A stretch of 64,000 nt of DNA from Octopus bimaculoides (Eukaryota): contig NC_068983.1 in assembly GCF_001194135.2 (NCBI RefSeq), positions 135,604,210 to 135,668,209 on the forward strand, read 5' to 3'. How positions within the stretch are numbered: the first letter of the stretch is position 1; each line of letters begins with the position of its first letter. Under the pieces are notes generated by a model. The model searched no databases. It saw nothing but the letters and a program-made list of their open reading frames with translations, and was not told the origin of the DNA. The position numbers and the translations under genes are program-made. Shown piece by piece: positions 1-12,369 of this stretch.

Positions 1-1129
1 CCATACACAGCCAGGAGATTCAGCAGACAGAGTAAACTATTTGAACCAATATCATTTAAGATAGATTTTCCTGTGATCATAGCCCAGTTGAGTGCTGTTA
101 GATGCTTGTTTACTTTTACTAAATGAATAGATTTTTGATCAATTGAATCTGCATGATCCATTTAACAAACATTTATGTAGTTTTAACATTAACAATTACA
201 GTAAATGCTTCTAAGGTTTATTCTGGGATTGAATGATATGTTGTTATATATATATATCTGAATTGAATATGGATGCACACACAAATCACATCATTTTTGT
301 CTACACTCTCTGTTTGAGCATTCTGTTTTACATTTCTTTAAAATGTATTGGTATTCCTGTTTGGAGCTAAACTTACATTAGATATGTCATTTCACCTATT
401 ATACCAATTTAATAAAACTGACAAATAGTTAAATAAGCAAAAAGTTCTAAGGTTTTAAGGTCCTCCACATACCAATTACTTACCAATTATTTACTAAATT
501 CTTCACTATTTTTCAAAATTAATTCTAAGGCAGTGTATTCTAACAGAAATATGGTGACAAAAAAATTAAAACTCTGGTTCCCTGCACAATGATGTTTTTG
601 TTGTTAAAACTGATTCAGGGATGTCAATAACTAGAACTGTATATACTTCAAATCAGAGAAAATTAATTTATTCTATTTATGAAAACAGGAATTTTACACA
701 CAACTTCCACATAACCTATTGTGTGTGCATACACACACTTGACTAACATGAAATCGACATTTATGAAATATCAAAAAGCCCCTTGTTCTGTTTCTGTGCA
801 ATGAATGAAATTTGAAACAGTTAAAATGCAGCAGTTAGTGGAGCATAGACAACTTTAAATAAAAGTATTGCAGATGTTAAAAACATGAATAGTGTTAACC
901 AATTAAAAAGAAAGCTAGTAAAGCAGAACCTAAATCCTAGACAATATTTTTAGGGCCTTAGGAATGCATAAGCTTTTGTACCAGATGGTTAAAACCAAAC
1001 CAAGCAGTATTTTTTAAAAAATGAACAAAACGTCAATGATCATACGTCTGAAATTCCAAGGTTAGCTATTATTAATATACACTTTTATTATCCTAATCTT
1101 ATGTGTTTCAATTGTAGGTCAACAGGTGT

Positions 1130-1345
1130 ATGCATGTGTGGTGGGGATAGTCTGCCATCAAATTTGACAGCTTCACCTCAACCTGGGCCAGCTACCCGAA
1201 TTGATAGCACCCTGGTAGATAAAGCAATTAAGGATATGAAGTCAGGAAAAGCCCCCCCACCCACAAGCCCATCAGGAAGATGAGTGCAGGGATAGGCTAC
1301 CAGATAGCAATGATAGAGTAAACAGGGCTTTGAGGACAGGATTGG
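1130..1345 (+). mobile_element. Degraded RTE-clade LINE fragment (pre-RT linker and start of RT)
   Basis: Translates PGPATRIDSTLVDKAIKDMKSGKAP, then remnants GIGYQIA and QDW; homologous to the minus-strand copy at 1395-1915. Confidence 0.75.
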
Positions 1346-1394
1346 GGAGTGAGAGGTAAGCATAACGCATGAAGGAAAAGATGCAGGGGACTGT

Positions 1395-1915
1395 TGAAAG
1401 CTTTCTCCAGGTTGCTGAAAGCTAAGTACAATGGCTCACTTTTGGCCAAGTACTTTTCCTACAGCTGTCTCACTAGGAAGATGGCATCTGCAGCACTCTT
1501 TCTAGGTACAAAACCAAACTGCATCTCATCTAGTTTAATTCTATTCCTAATCAATTGAGCTATAACCCTCTCAGTAACTTTTATAACCTGGTCTAGCAGT
1601 TTGATACCTCTGTAGTTGTTTCTATCTAAGGCATCACCTTTATCCTTGTAGCAGCTAACTATAATACTACCACACCAGTCATTGGGGATGGCACCTTCCT
1701 GAATAACCTGATTAATTATATGGGTGACTAGGCTGTATCCTACACCACTGGATATTTTAATCCTTTCGGCAGTGATTTCTGATGGTCCAGAGGCTTTCTC
1801 TGTCTTCATATTCTTAATTGCCTTATCTATTAGGCTGCTATCAACTCTTATGGCTGGTCCCACAACTGGTTCGATATTTGAAACACTCCTCCCATTCATT
1901 AGAATTCACAAGAGG
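1395..1915 (-). mobile_element. RTE-clade LINE reverse transcriptase fragment (pseudogene)
   Basis: ORF 1459-1899: GPAIRVDSSLIDKAIKNMKT...IPNDWCGSIIVSCYKDKGDALDRNNYRGIKLL...EMQFGFVPRKSAADAIFLVRQL*EKYLAK...LEKAF, the typical RTE RT N-terminal motifs. Confidence 0.93.
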
Positions 1916-2192
1916 AAAAAATGCAAGTTAAATTTTAACTTCTATTCTATGAAAGAGACAGTAAAATAGTTATAGAAAAAAAACAAGAAAAAAAACAGAG
2001 AGCTAGAAAAATTAGCAGATCCAAATAGTTGAGGGGTGGGGGACTAAATGATTGACAGGGACAGATGTATATGTTTTGCTTTATGGGTATTCAAGTGATT
2101 GAAGAGATTAAAGATATAGCATGGTGAATTAAAAAATGAAAAGCAATGTCTTGTGTGTTGTTATTTATAGCTTTGATGTCTATTTGTGGTAA

Positions 2193-2194
<2 letters not shown>

Positions 2195-2231
<37 letters not shown>
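2195..2231. repeat. (AT)n microsatellite
   Basis: Direct inspection. Confidence 0.97.
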
Positions 2232-2232
<1 letters not shown>

Positions 2233-2974
2233 CAGTCATTACTACAAACAGTCATCAAAACTATAACACACACATATGTGCACATACAAATTTCATTTGA
2301 TGTAACAATAATTAATTGTATTTCGTCCTGCAACATTCCAAGGCAAAATGAGATTGCAAATGCATAAGGAAACATGAAAGTACAATGAACTTGTAGTTAG
2401 TTAGTTGTATGTTCCTTTCTTTGAGGTAAGTTCATAGCCAAGACAACTTTTGGGTCACAACTATAATTTGCAAAGGAGTATAAGTGTAAATTACTATTAC
2501 CTTGTATAATTGAGTTGCATTTTTGTATTAGTATAGAGAAAGCTACTGGAAACCACTCAATATCAGAGCAGAGACATCAATCTTCTTAATATAGAATACT
2601 ACAGATTTTAGCCATCATTATATGTAATAGACTTATGTAAACAGTGTCTTTATACATAAAATCTTCATAGACAACAGAAGATTTGGTTTCAGTTCAGTAT
2701 TGGGGTTTCACCAGTGACTGAGTATCTTTAACTGTCCCTTGTAGACACTGCTTATAAACCCACTGTTACTAAATCTCTAATTTTTCTTTTCCTATCTACA
2801 AAACTACTGTACACAAAAACAGAGTGTCCACATCTATGACATACAGTGTTGGCTAAAATCCATAGATATCTTCAATAACACAGAATAATACTGAAATAAA
2901 ACAATATACAAATAATTTATCATCTTCTTGATCAACACTGTTATTGGAGCCAGACCCTGTTCCAATTCTGGTAA

Positions 2975-3290
2975 TAGGAGGTGCGTGTGTGTGCAATGCC
3001 TTAGTGGTTAAGATATTTGGCTCATGATAATAAGGTTGTGAGTTTGATTCCCACATTGTGTCCTTGAGCAAGACACTATTTCATGTTACTCCAGTTCAAC
3101 CAGCTAACAAAAACGAGTTGTATCTGTCATTGAAAGGACCAGCCTTGTCACATTCTGTCACGCCGAATCTCTACAAGAACTACTTTAAGGGTACATGTGT
3201 CTAGAGTTCTCAGTCACTTGCATGTTAATTTCACAAGCAAGTTGGTCTGTTGATTGAATCAACTGGAACACCTGTCATAACTGACAAAGC
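2975..3290 (+). mobile_element. tRNA-derived SINE, family C (local label)
   Basis: A-box-like GCCTTAGTGG and B-box-like GAGTTTGATTCCC, then TGTGTCCTTGAGCAAGACAC; reverse-complement homologue at 39790-40118. Confidence 0.85.
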
Positions 3291-4229
3291 TACACCAGGC
3301 TATTATTTACTTATATTGAGCTCATCATATACAGACATCCAGTACCAGGTGGGTATCTAACTTGATTATGAAAGATCTGCTACATTATTAAATGTGTAGC
3401 CTTAGCTTGCAACATTGCTCCAGCAATTCGTTTCTTTCAATTTGCAAGTATTCCAAGTAGATTTCAATTTCCCTGTAATAGAAGAATTTAATTGGCATAG
3501 AACACTGCTACCTGAAACTGACATGAGCAATTAACTACTTTCTTTAACATGTGTGGGCAATACTATAATACCATAGTACTAACCCACTCCCATATATATA
3601 TATATATATATATATACTCACACAATAGTCTATATTTTATATGTGGGTAATAACTATAATATCACTAAATACCAATTAACTCCTAAGACATCCTAATGAA
3701 ACTAAACTAGGCTTTACTTTTTTTATGCCAAAATCCACTACTATATATTATGATAATTTCTTCAGTTACATACTAAGCTTGAGATAATGATTTGCGGCAT
3801 TATGATGCACAGAGTTTCCAACCTGGTGAAAAAAAAAAAAGGTTCTGAGGGAAAATTAAAAGAAAAAGTTTTGAATGGACAACTGATAAAGCACGACAAG
3901 TTTTAACATGCTTTTAACAAATAGTAATCTTTCAGATGTCTCACATAGTATGGTTCATATGGTCACATCCAATATACTAGTGGCTTTTCATATAGAGTTT
4001 AGTTTCCAGTAAGATGTATATGAAGGGAGAAAGGCATTTACTTCAGTGCCCTTATTTGTTGCTACTCTAACTTGATAATACTAATTTCCAACCTATGAGC
4101 ACAGAGCTTAAAATTTTGGAGGAGAATATCTTTCAATCCAAGTTCTTAGGAAAACAAAAAACAAAGTCGATTTTGGTCGTTGTTGAATGCAAATTGCAAA
4201 GGGACCTAATTAAATGCCAGATCATATTT

Positions 4230-4860
4230 AATGCATTAATGTAATTCAAGTACAAAGCCAGCAATTTGGATGGGAGGGAATTTGTCAATACTAGATTGGT
4301 AAGATTAGAACTCAGAATGCAACAAGCCAGAACAAATACCACAAGACGTCTTTCCTATACCCTAGTGATTCTGCCAATCAATAATAATAATAATTTTGGT
4401 AAAATGCCAGCAGTTTCAAGGGAGGGGTTAAGTTGATTACATTGACCTCCAGTGTTTAACTGGTATTTATTTTATCAACCTCAACAGGATGAAAGGCAAA
4501 GTCGACCCTGGCAGCAGTTGAACTCAGAATGTAAAGATGGATGAAATGTTGCTAAGCATTTCAATTTTTCTAACTTTTGCATGAAGGTAGAAATTTTGAG
4601 GGAAGTGGCAAGTTGATTACTGGCCCTTATTTTATTGATTCAAAATAAATGAAAAGCAAAGTTAATCTTAACACAATTTGAACTCAGAATGTAAAGAGCC
4701 AAAGGAAATGCTGCTAAGCATTTTTCCTTATGTTAACAATTCTGCCATCTCACTGCCTTGCATGGGAATAATAATTTCTGAAACTGACACAAGGGAATAG
4801 TTGCTTAAATCAACTCCCCTGTACTTGACTGGTACTATTTTATCACCCACATAAAGGTGA
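4230..4860 (-). mobile_element. Cluster of 3-4 head-to-tail tRNA-derived SINEs, family A (local label)
   Basis: Repeated plus-strand signature CTGGTA..TTATTTTAT..GGATGAAAGGCAAAG..TTGAACTCAGAATG..GCTAAGCATT near 4305, 4520, 4678, partial at 4800-4860. Confidence 0.85.
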
Positions 4861-5537
4861 AATTCCTAACTAAATATCAGAAAACATTTAATATGTCACT
4901 CTTCAGTCTACTGTACTTGTGAATAATAATTATAAACAGTATCCCAAGTGCTAACGTGCAGGACAAATCCAAAATTGTTTGCTATTATGAAAGGCATCTC
5001 AATGTAGAAATAACTATTTACTGAGCCATTAAAAAAAAACAAAATTCAACAAAAGCTAGTATGAATTAAAATAGTCAAAAATCATTTTATGATTTCAACT
5101 TACAATAATTTGCAAAGCTAAACTTTTTAAGAAAGCCAAATACTTGAATTGCTGTCTAATTATAGCATTAGCATGCCTATTTAATAACACATAGTTACAG
5201 TCAACAAGGTCAGTATAAATAAGAGCCATTGAAAATGATACAGGCTGCCTAAATTTGTAAAATAACTTTATAATTTGTTCCTTGTAATTTCAAATGTACT
5301 GTTTTCTTTAGTCATAAGACCATGCAAGATTGGCTATTGTAAGTATAGTTGTGTTGCATTCTATCTATCTATCTATCTATTTACACATACATGAGAGAGA
5401 GAGATAGATAGAGAGAGAGAAGGAGAGGCAGGTAGACAAACAGAAAAAGTTGGTAGAACAATTTTAAGAAAAAGTTGAATTTGAGTTTGGAGTTTCTCAT
5501 TACAGATCCTCAGGTGTTTGACTTCATAGAAAGTTTT

Positions 5538-5539
<2 letters not shown>

Positions 5540-5576
<37 letters not shown>
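5540..5576. repeat. (TA)n microsatellite
   Basis: Direct inspection. Confidence 0.97.
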
Positions 5577-5579
<3 letters not shown>

Positions 5580-5580
<1 letters not shown>

Positions 5581-6354
5581 CATCATTGTTGCTTAACGTC
5601 CATTTCCATGCTGGCATGGGTTGGACGGTTTGACTGAGGGCTGGTGAGCCAAGAGGTTGCACCAGGCTCCAATCCAATCTGGCAATGTTTCTACAGCTGG
5701 ATGCCCTTCCTAACGCCAACCACTCCAACAATGTAGCGGGTGCTTTTTACGTGCCACCGGCATGGGAGCCAATCAGGCGGCACTGGCATCGGCCATACTC
5801 AAATGGTGCTTTTTATGTGTCACTGGCATGGGACCAGTCAGGCAGCACTGGCATTGACCACGCTCAAATGGTGTTTTTATATGCTGCCAGTATGGGTACC
5901 AATCAGGCGGTACTGTCATCAGCCACGACAACGACTTCACTTGCCTTAACAGGTCTTTGTAAGCGCAGTTTATTGCCCAATGATTGAAACATACTCTTAA
6001 ATGGGCTGATTATGTTGCACTGGCACAGGCCACAGTTATGGTCTCACTTGCTTTGCCAGGTCTTCTCAAGCACAGCATATCTCCAAAGGTCTCTGTCACC
6101 TATCATCGCCTTGGGGAGGCCCAATATTCGATGGTTGTGCTTCAACACCTCATCCCAGGTCTTCCTGGGTCTACCTCTTCCACAGGTTCCCTAGGGTGTG
6201 ACACTTTACACACAGCTGTCCTCATCCATATGCAACACAAGACCATACCAGCATAGTCGTCTCTCTTGCACATTACATCTGATGCTTCTTAAGTTCAACT
6301 CTTCTCTCAGAGCGCTTACACTCCATCATGTATGCACACTGACGTTACACATCC
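5580..6354 (-). mobile_element. RTE LINE 3' end (ORF C-terminus, 3' UTR with three ~65-bp repeats, ATG-repeat tail)
   Basis: Minus strand gives VQERRLCWYG, GRGRPRKTWDEV and RDLWRYAVLEK, followed by the shared tail ending GGAAATGGACGTTAAG..ATGATG. Confidence 0.9.
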
Positions 6355-7399
6355 ATATATATATACACACACACACACACAAATTGATTGTATCACTGTA
6401 TATGGAGGGGAAAAAAACTAAATATACACACATATACATACCACATATAACATGCAGTGTTGCACAATTGCTAAGAGCAAGATAATCTACTATAATCCAA
6501 TATATTAGTGTATATTATTTAATATCTATCTTTCAATCTTAATATATATAAGAAATATAATAATAGAGCTTTTATTACTTTGTGTGTTTTACTTAAAATA
6601 TAAGTGGATGAGGAAAAAAGTCTAGCAGCCCAATACCAACATTACATGCAACTGTAATGTGATTTTGGTGAATAAAGTGTGCAGTTAACATGGGGTTTAG
6701 TAGTACAAGGAAAAAAGATATACAGAGAAAAATAGAGATACAGAGGGACTAGTGTGCTTATGCTTATGGTTCCTGTTAGAAAAAAGTAAATAGTTAATAC
6801 ATGTTTGTGAGTATGTGTGAACTCACTTGAATAATTAAAACATTAAAAATCATCTGGTTGACAGATGAAACCTATGGTATAGGGTTTAATAGTCTAGCTG
6901 CTATACACACATTCACTACACCTTAACGGGCAACTGAATCATGTATTGTGATGAGGGAATGCCAGCATGTTGGAAACCATCTCTCTAAATGGCTTAGCAA
7001 CAAATAAATTTGTATTGCAGAACTCTCCATCACCACAAGCTTAAAACCAACACCTTATAGCAAGTATACCTGCACATGTGCATGCATAAATACACAATAT
7101 TGTTTGCAAATGTATTGCTCGACTTGATATCATTTTCCATTTTAGATCTGGGTGTGAGAACTAAATATAATGGTGAGAGCTTCTCAGTTTATCAACACAG
7201 TTAATTCATTCCCTAAATCAGTTGCATGTAAGAGGGCAGAGGAAGGTAAAAATGAAATCAATTACTCTTTATGAACCCATTGAATATTTCTATACACATG
7301 CATGGCTGATTAAACAGTACCAGTTAAGTACAGTGGTGGAGTTGATTTAAACTACTATTCCTTTGTGTTCATATCAGAAATTATTAGTGGCTAAAATGT

Positions 7400-7520
7400 T
7401 GTTAGAGCATCAAAAACATGCTTTGTAGCATTTGTTCCAGCTTTTTACATTTTTGAGTTCAAACCTTGTGGATGTTGATTGCCTTTCATACTTTAAAGGT
7501 TGATAAAATAAAGTACCAGG
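7400..7520 (+). mobile_element. Family A SINE fragment, abutting an RTE-tail fragment (7520-7612)
   Basis: TTGAGTTCAAACC..TTGCCTTTCATAC..GATAAAATAAAGTACCAG, then GCATTAGGAAGGACATCTGGTTGTAAAA..GAATGGAAAAACAGAT. Confidence 0.7.
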
Positions 7521-7946
7521 TTATGGGTTAGCATTAGGAAGGACATCTGGTTGTAAAAAATTACCTCAATAATACATACAGCTAACCCTTGCTAGAATGG
7601 AAAAACAGATAAAATTAAATAAATGAAACCAAATGTTTATTTAAGGGTAATATCTTCAAGCAAATTTTAATAACAGAGCATTTACTGATGGGGCAACTCA
7701 ATACTAAAAGTGGAGTCAAAACTAGCATACAATTTATTTTGATTGGACCTTTTTTTTTTTTACATAAAGGAAAGGAGAGGTAGATGTGGAGGAAGACAAT
7801 AAAATATATGTATCGATATATCTAAGTTATTCAAAGAGAACTAATTCTATGGAGACTTGGTAAGAATTCCTTGATCTCATTATAGAGGAATGTAGCATAA
7901 ACAAATTTAATGCTCTTTGTTTTCAGTTTTGTCACATTGCTAATAC

Positions 7947-7951
<5 letters not shown>

Positions 7952-8006
<55 letters not shown>
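7952..8006. repeat. (GA)n microsatellite
   Basis: Direct inspection. Confidence 0.97.
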
Positions 8007-8617
8007 ACACAAAACATACTTCCTCAAATCATGCATGATTTTTCAACCCAAATTAGAATTTTCAACAAGTTTAATTCATCAGACTGTCTTCTAAGCTTAT
8101 GCTTACGAACAGAAAACAAAATGTGAAAAAAAACTGAAGATGGCAGGGTACATGGGAATGATCATCAAGCATGTTTTCTTTAACAAATGTTAAGTAGGCA
8201 TGCAAAAAACAGCAATTGGCAGCTGCAAAGAAAAAATACAGTTACATACAACACTCATAACTACTGACATAAGTAGGTAAAAATGTTACCATCCATACAT
8301 TTATACAAACTTATCCACATATGTTAAACTGAATTTAAATTTAACAATATTTGTTTCAATCTAATTTGACATCTATTTCCAGACTAACTTACTGTTTAGC
8401 AAGCTGCTAAACAGATAAGTTGCAGATGCAACTAAGTGCAATGTATCTTCCATGACACAAACCATTCACCTGCCAACTCTAGTAAAAATAAATTGGAAAT
8501 CAACACAGACAGAAGCGAACAGTATCCAGTAAATATATTACAGGAGAAGGCAAATTCTTGATATTTTTAAAACTTCATTTCTGAAATCATTGGAACTTCT
8601 TAACTTGTAGTTCTATA

Positions 8618-8920
8618 AACAGACAAGTAACTGTAAAGACAAACAACTGGACTAGCAACAATACGTTGACACAAGCAAACGGACTGGTAATCTACAAGAG
8701 ACATAGCAACTGCACTGACAACCCTATACAGATCACTAACTGTTCATACACAGAGGTAAATAACTGGATTGGTAATAGTTTAATCATTTGACAGGCAACT
8801 ATACAAAACATGACTGGATTGGCACCTAAACACAAACAGAAGCAACTAGACTAGCAACTAGTTGGAGGTAAAGATAAATGAAATGGCCACCACAGTTAAA
8901 TTAGAAGCAACTCAACCAGC
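8618..8920. repeat. Degenerate minisatellite, motif ~ACAGAAGCAACTGGACTGGCAAC with variable spacers
   Basis: AACTGGACTAGCAAC, AACGGACTGGTAAT, AACTGCACTGACAAC, AACTGGATTGGTAAT, GACTGGATTGGCACC and AACTAGACTAGCAAC recur about every 30-50 bp. Confidence 0.6.
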
Positions 8921-8998
8921 TGCTATATAAGCATATAATATCACTACCGTATATTAGAGTGGTAACCAAATTATTAGGTTCCAATCAGCCTAAAATAC

Positions 8999-9083
8999 CT
9001 TTGTACACAGTCTGTTTTACTATGAGGTAAAGTATCAGATTTGTTTACTTTTATGTCATTTTTTTCAAATAAATCCACTCGAC
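8999..9083 (-). CDS. Candidate internal exon of an unidentified gene (GRVDLFEKNDIKVNKSDTLPHSKTDCVQ)
   Basis: Acceptor TGCTTTCTTGTTACTGTTTTAGCAG (NAGNAG), 85 nt with one open frame, donor AAG|GTATTT; no homology recognised. Confidence 0.3.
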
Positions 9084-9239
9084 CTGCTAAAACAGTAACA
9101 AGAAAGCACAACATACAAATAACTTGAGTGGAAGACAACTACAGCACACAAAAATAGTTTCCATAACTTTTGGATAAAACATGAGCACCCCATCACTCAT
9201 TTAAATTTGTCTTGAACAAACAATGGCTTCTAATTTATG

Positions 9240-9420
9240 TATAAAGCCAGCAATTTTGAGTGGAGGAGGAGTGACACCATTGGCCCAGGAGGGACAAAAG
9301 GTAAAGTTTACCATGGCAGGATTTGAACTTAGAATGTAAAAGAGCTAGAAAGAATGCTGCAAAGCATTTTTTTTTTTCAGACACTATAATGATTATGTCA
9401 ATCTGCTGCAATAATGATAT
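9240..9420 (-). mobile_element. Family A SINE
   Basis: AAAGCCAGCAATTTTGAG..GGATTTGAACTTAGAATGTAAA..GCAAAGCATTT signature. Confidence 0.7.
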
Positions 9421-10159
9421 GTCAGACTCAACTAAACTGTAAAGGAAATTCAAGTTCAACAATTAATAAAATATGTCAATTACAAAGTATTGTCATTGTT
9501 TACAATGGTAAGCTGTACCTTCCAAAAGTGCCTATTTTCAGCTAGGTGTACTTTTAGAGTTATAATTACAGAGAATTGCCAAAGATACATCAACAATGCC
9601 ATTGTGGAATGGGAACAATTGACTTTCCAGTCAGAGTTATTGATTTGTCAATATAGCTGGCTTACTGCAAGTTTCAACACACAAACTAAAAAGACAGTTA
9701 ATTTTTAAAAGTTGGAGTAATTAACTTCAATATAAAAAAAATGAAATTCTGTTAAAATTTGGGTTGCTTAATCATTCCTGCTGTTTGAAGAAGTTATCTT
9801 AGTTATTCTTCTCCAAAATTTGGAATGATGTTTTTTTGTAATTTTAGAAAGCAGAAAAGCGAGTTCCTTTAGAATGTCATTGACATAACAAATAAAATTC
9901 ACAGCCACAGCTCACCAGAACTGGACTGATGAAGTACAAGGCATTCTCTCTCTCTCTCTCTCTCTCTCCATGTGTGTGTGTGTAATCAGTCGAAAGCTAC
10001 AACAATGCAAAGAATTACATTGTGATCAACAGTGTGCAACAACATTCAATAGTGTGGTCAATACAGTTATATACACACATATATGCATTATATCTTAGTT
10101 ACATCACTATATCGCAACTGTATATTGTGTGCATATCTGTATGTATATGTATGTTTTAA

Positions 10160-11207
10160 AGACAAGATTGTTCATGGAGATGATAACACTGGCAATATCA
10201 ATGTGTACAGATGAACTAAAAAAAGTTTAAAGTAAGGGAAACCAGCACTGAAGACAAACTACAGTGTGGAGACATGAACTGCAACCACTGACACAAATTA
10301 TCAGAGTGGACATTAATTTGCATGAGCAGATAAGTTACAATTCATGAGCTTGTACAAGTATATTGTGGTCACAATCCATTATAGAAGATGGAAGACCTTG
10401 GATATCAGAAAGTGTATGCAAAGTGGGTACCTTGACAGTTGATATTCAATTTGAAGGAGATAAGAATGAAAGTCTGCTTTGATTTACTGGAAGTGTTTGA
10501 AGCTAATGAAGACACTTTTTTCTTTTTTGATCTGGTGATGGGGAATGAAACATGAATGTATCTTTATGATCCAGAAAGAGACAAAGGAAATGAAACAATG
10601 TATCTTTATGATTATGATGTCATACCTCTTCTCCAAAGCCTAAGAATTCAAGAGCTAGTAACTGAGACAAAGTAATAATTTTTTTTTATGGAAAGGTGAA
10701 AATGGTATCATTCTCCTTGATTTTTGTGGCTAGACTGTGACAACCAAGCATTACACTGAAATGCTCAAAAAGCTTAGGAGCTATTAGAAAGAGATCAAAC
10801 AAAAAAATGGAAAATAATTCATATTCATCATGAGCATGTGTAATCATAACTGGCAACAAATTAGGCAACCAGCAGCAAATTGGGCCTATCAGTGGTGTCC
10901 CATCTACCATACAGCCTGGATTTGGCACCATCTGACTAGTTCAGTTTATTGAAAGTTGTCAGGAGTCAATTTGATGACACAGAGGAAATGAAAGTGGAAC
11001 AGAAATGGGGTACCATAGCACACCTGAATTTTTTTGAAGAGGATTTTAAAGTTGGGTGTAAATCATCATTGTGATGAAGATTATGCTGAATAGTACCTCT
11101 CTATAAAGAAGTTATGCTACTAACATGTGCAATTTAAACAAACAATGTCAGTTAATAATAAAGTTACGCTCACTTTTGCATTACTTTCAGGACAACCCTT
11201 GTTGTAG
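10160..11207 (+). mobile_element. Mariner transposon, near-full-length decayed transposase with right-hand TIR remnant
   Basis: Frameshifted motifs GETSTEDK, TATTDTN, LGYQKVYAKWVP, VMGNET, YLYDPE, SPKPK and HLPYSLDLAPSD (YSPDLAPSD of mariner); ends TTACTTTCAGGACAACCCTTG. Confidence 0.88.
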
Positions 11208-11214
11208 GTTGGTG

Positions 11215-11545
11215 GCTTTTCTAATTTAAAATACGTTTTATCAACTAATCCTATTTCAGATTTAGTTGGGTTAATCAATCTGTAAGGGTTAGATATAAAA
11301 TTATTTTTATGGATCTTTAATACTTTTTATACCTGGTGCTTGACTAAGTCTTCTAGTTTGTTGCCCAGCTTTCGAATATATAAACTTGTTTTCATAAAGA
11401 AACAAATGAACCTTGTATCAATAGATAAATCTAATGCTCTGAGTTGTAGATATTTTACTTCATTCATATCATCAATGTTCATAAGAAATGGCGTAACTAC
11501 CACACATTCCATTACATTCTGAGCATCCCTATGAATCTTACACAC
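11215..11545 (-). mobile_element. Penelope-like retroelement RT fragment
   Basis: VLKIHKNNFISNPYRLINPTKSEIG matches the TLKDHK..F...P.CRLINP.KSEIG motif of marine-invertebrate PLE RTs; upstream ORF 11327-11545 (PFLMNIDDM..FFMKTS..) loosely fits the preceding region. Confidence 0.7.
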
Positions 11546-12369
11546 AGCTTCAGAATCACATAGAAACTCTACACATCATCTAAGCTGTATAAGATTTATG
11601 CTTCTTAACAATAGTAACATAGATTTTGTAAGTTACACCTGGCCAAGATAATAGGATATCATTCACATGAATTATTAAGCATGTGTTAAATAAAAACTTA
11701 AAATAACTCATCCTAAGTTAATTGCCAATATAAATCCCAAGTAATTAACAATAAAAAATGTTCATTAATTGCTCAGATAAGTAAGTTAATCTTCAATACA
11801 ATAGCATCTACATTTAACTGAAACAAGCAAGCACACACGAGTTGAAGCTACGCTTCCAGTGAAGTCTACATCCTGGTTTTGTTTCTCAGTGTTTATAATT
11901 TCAAACAGTGAATGTTCAACCAAAGATGAATGTCACACATCAGAAGTTGTAAACAAAGTCAATTGATCTTTATTGTTTAATAAAGAATATTCAATAAGAT
12001 ATTCAACAAGGGGAAGAACATCAAGAAATGTCAAACAGTAACTTCCAAATGATTAAAAAAAAAAAAAAAAAAACTTGGTAATTAACAATACAAAATATAA
12101 TAAAAGTCATTGTTGGCCATTAAGACATATACTCATCTAAGTAGGCAAGTATTGTTCTTTCTCCTTTCAGGACGCTAGAATTGCTAGTTACAGTTGCAGT
12201 AAACATTTTAGATGTTCTCAGCAGTTATTATTTCCAAACTTATGATTGTTGTAATTGTACTTGCTTAAGAGAGAGGATAGCATGACTAAAGGTTTGCAGG
12301 TTTCAGTGTTATCTAAAACTTTGTGTTCAGGAGTTTGAGATAAATGGCTTGTTGAGACTGTCAGGCTTC

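Noticed and set aside
5104-5248. 145-nt minus-strand exon candidate (QPVSFSMALIYTD..)
   Set aside because: Open frame and GTAAGT donor are present, but the acceptor tract is weak and there is no homology; compatible with chance.
5685-6485. Cluster of overlapping plus-strand ORFs
   Set aside because: GC-richer antisense strand of an RTE 3' end and its UTR repeats.
8618-8920. CRISPR-like repeat-spacer array
   Set aside because: Repeats are too degenerate and irregular, there are no cas genes, and the context is eukaryotic.
11327-11545. hAT transposase (CxxH in VCKIH) or host exon
   Set aside because: The adjacent RLINPTKSEIG motif points to a Penelope-like RT; there is no WLSRG-type motif, and an in-frame stop and no good acceptor lie upstream.
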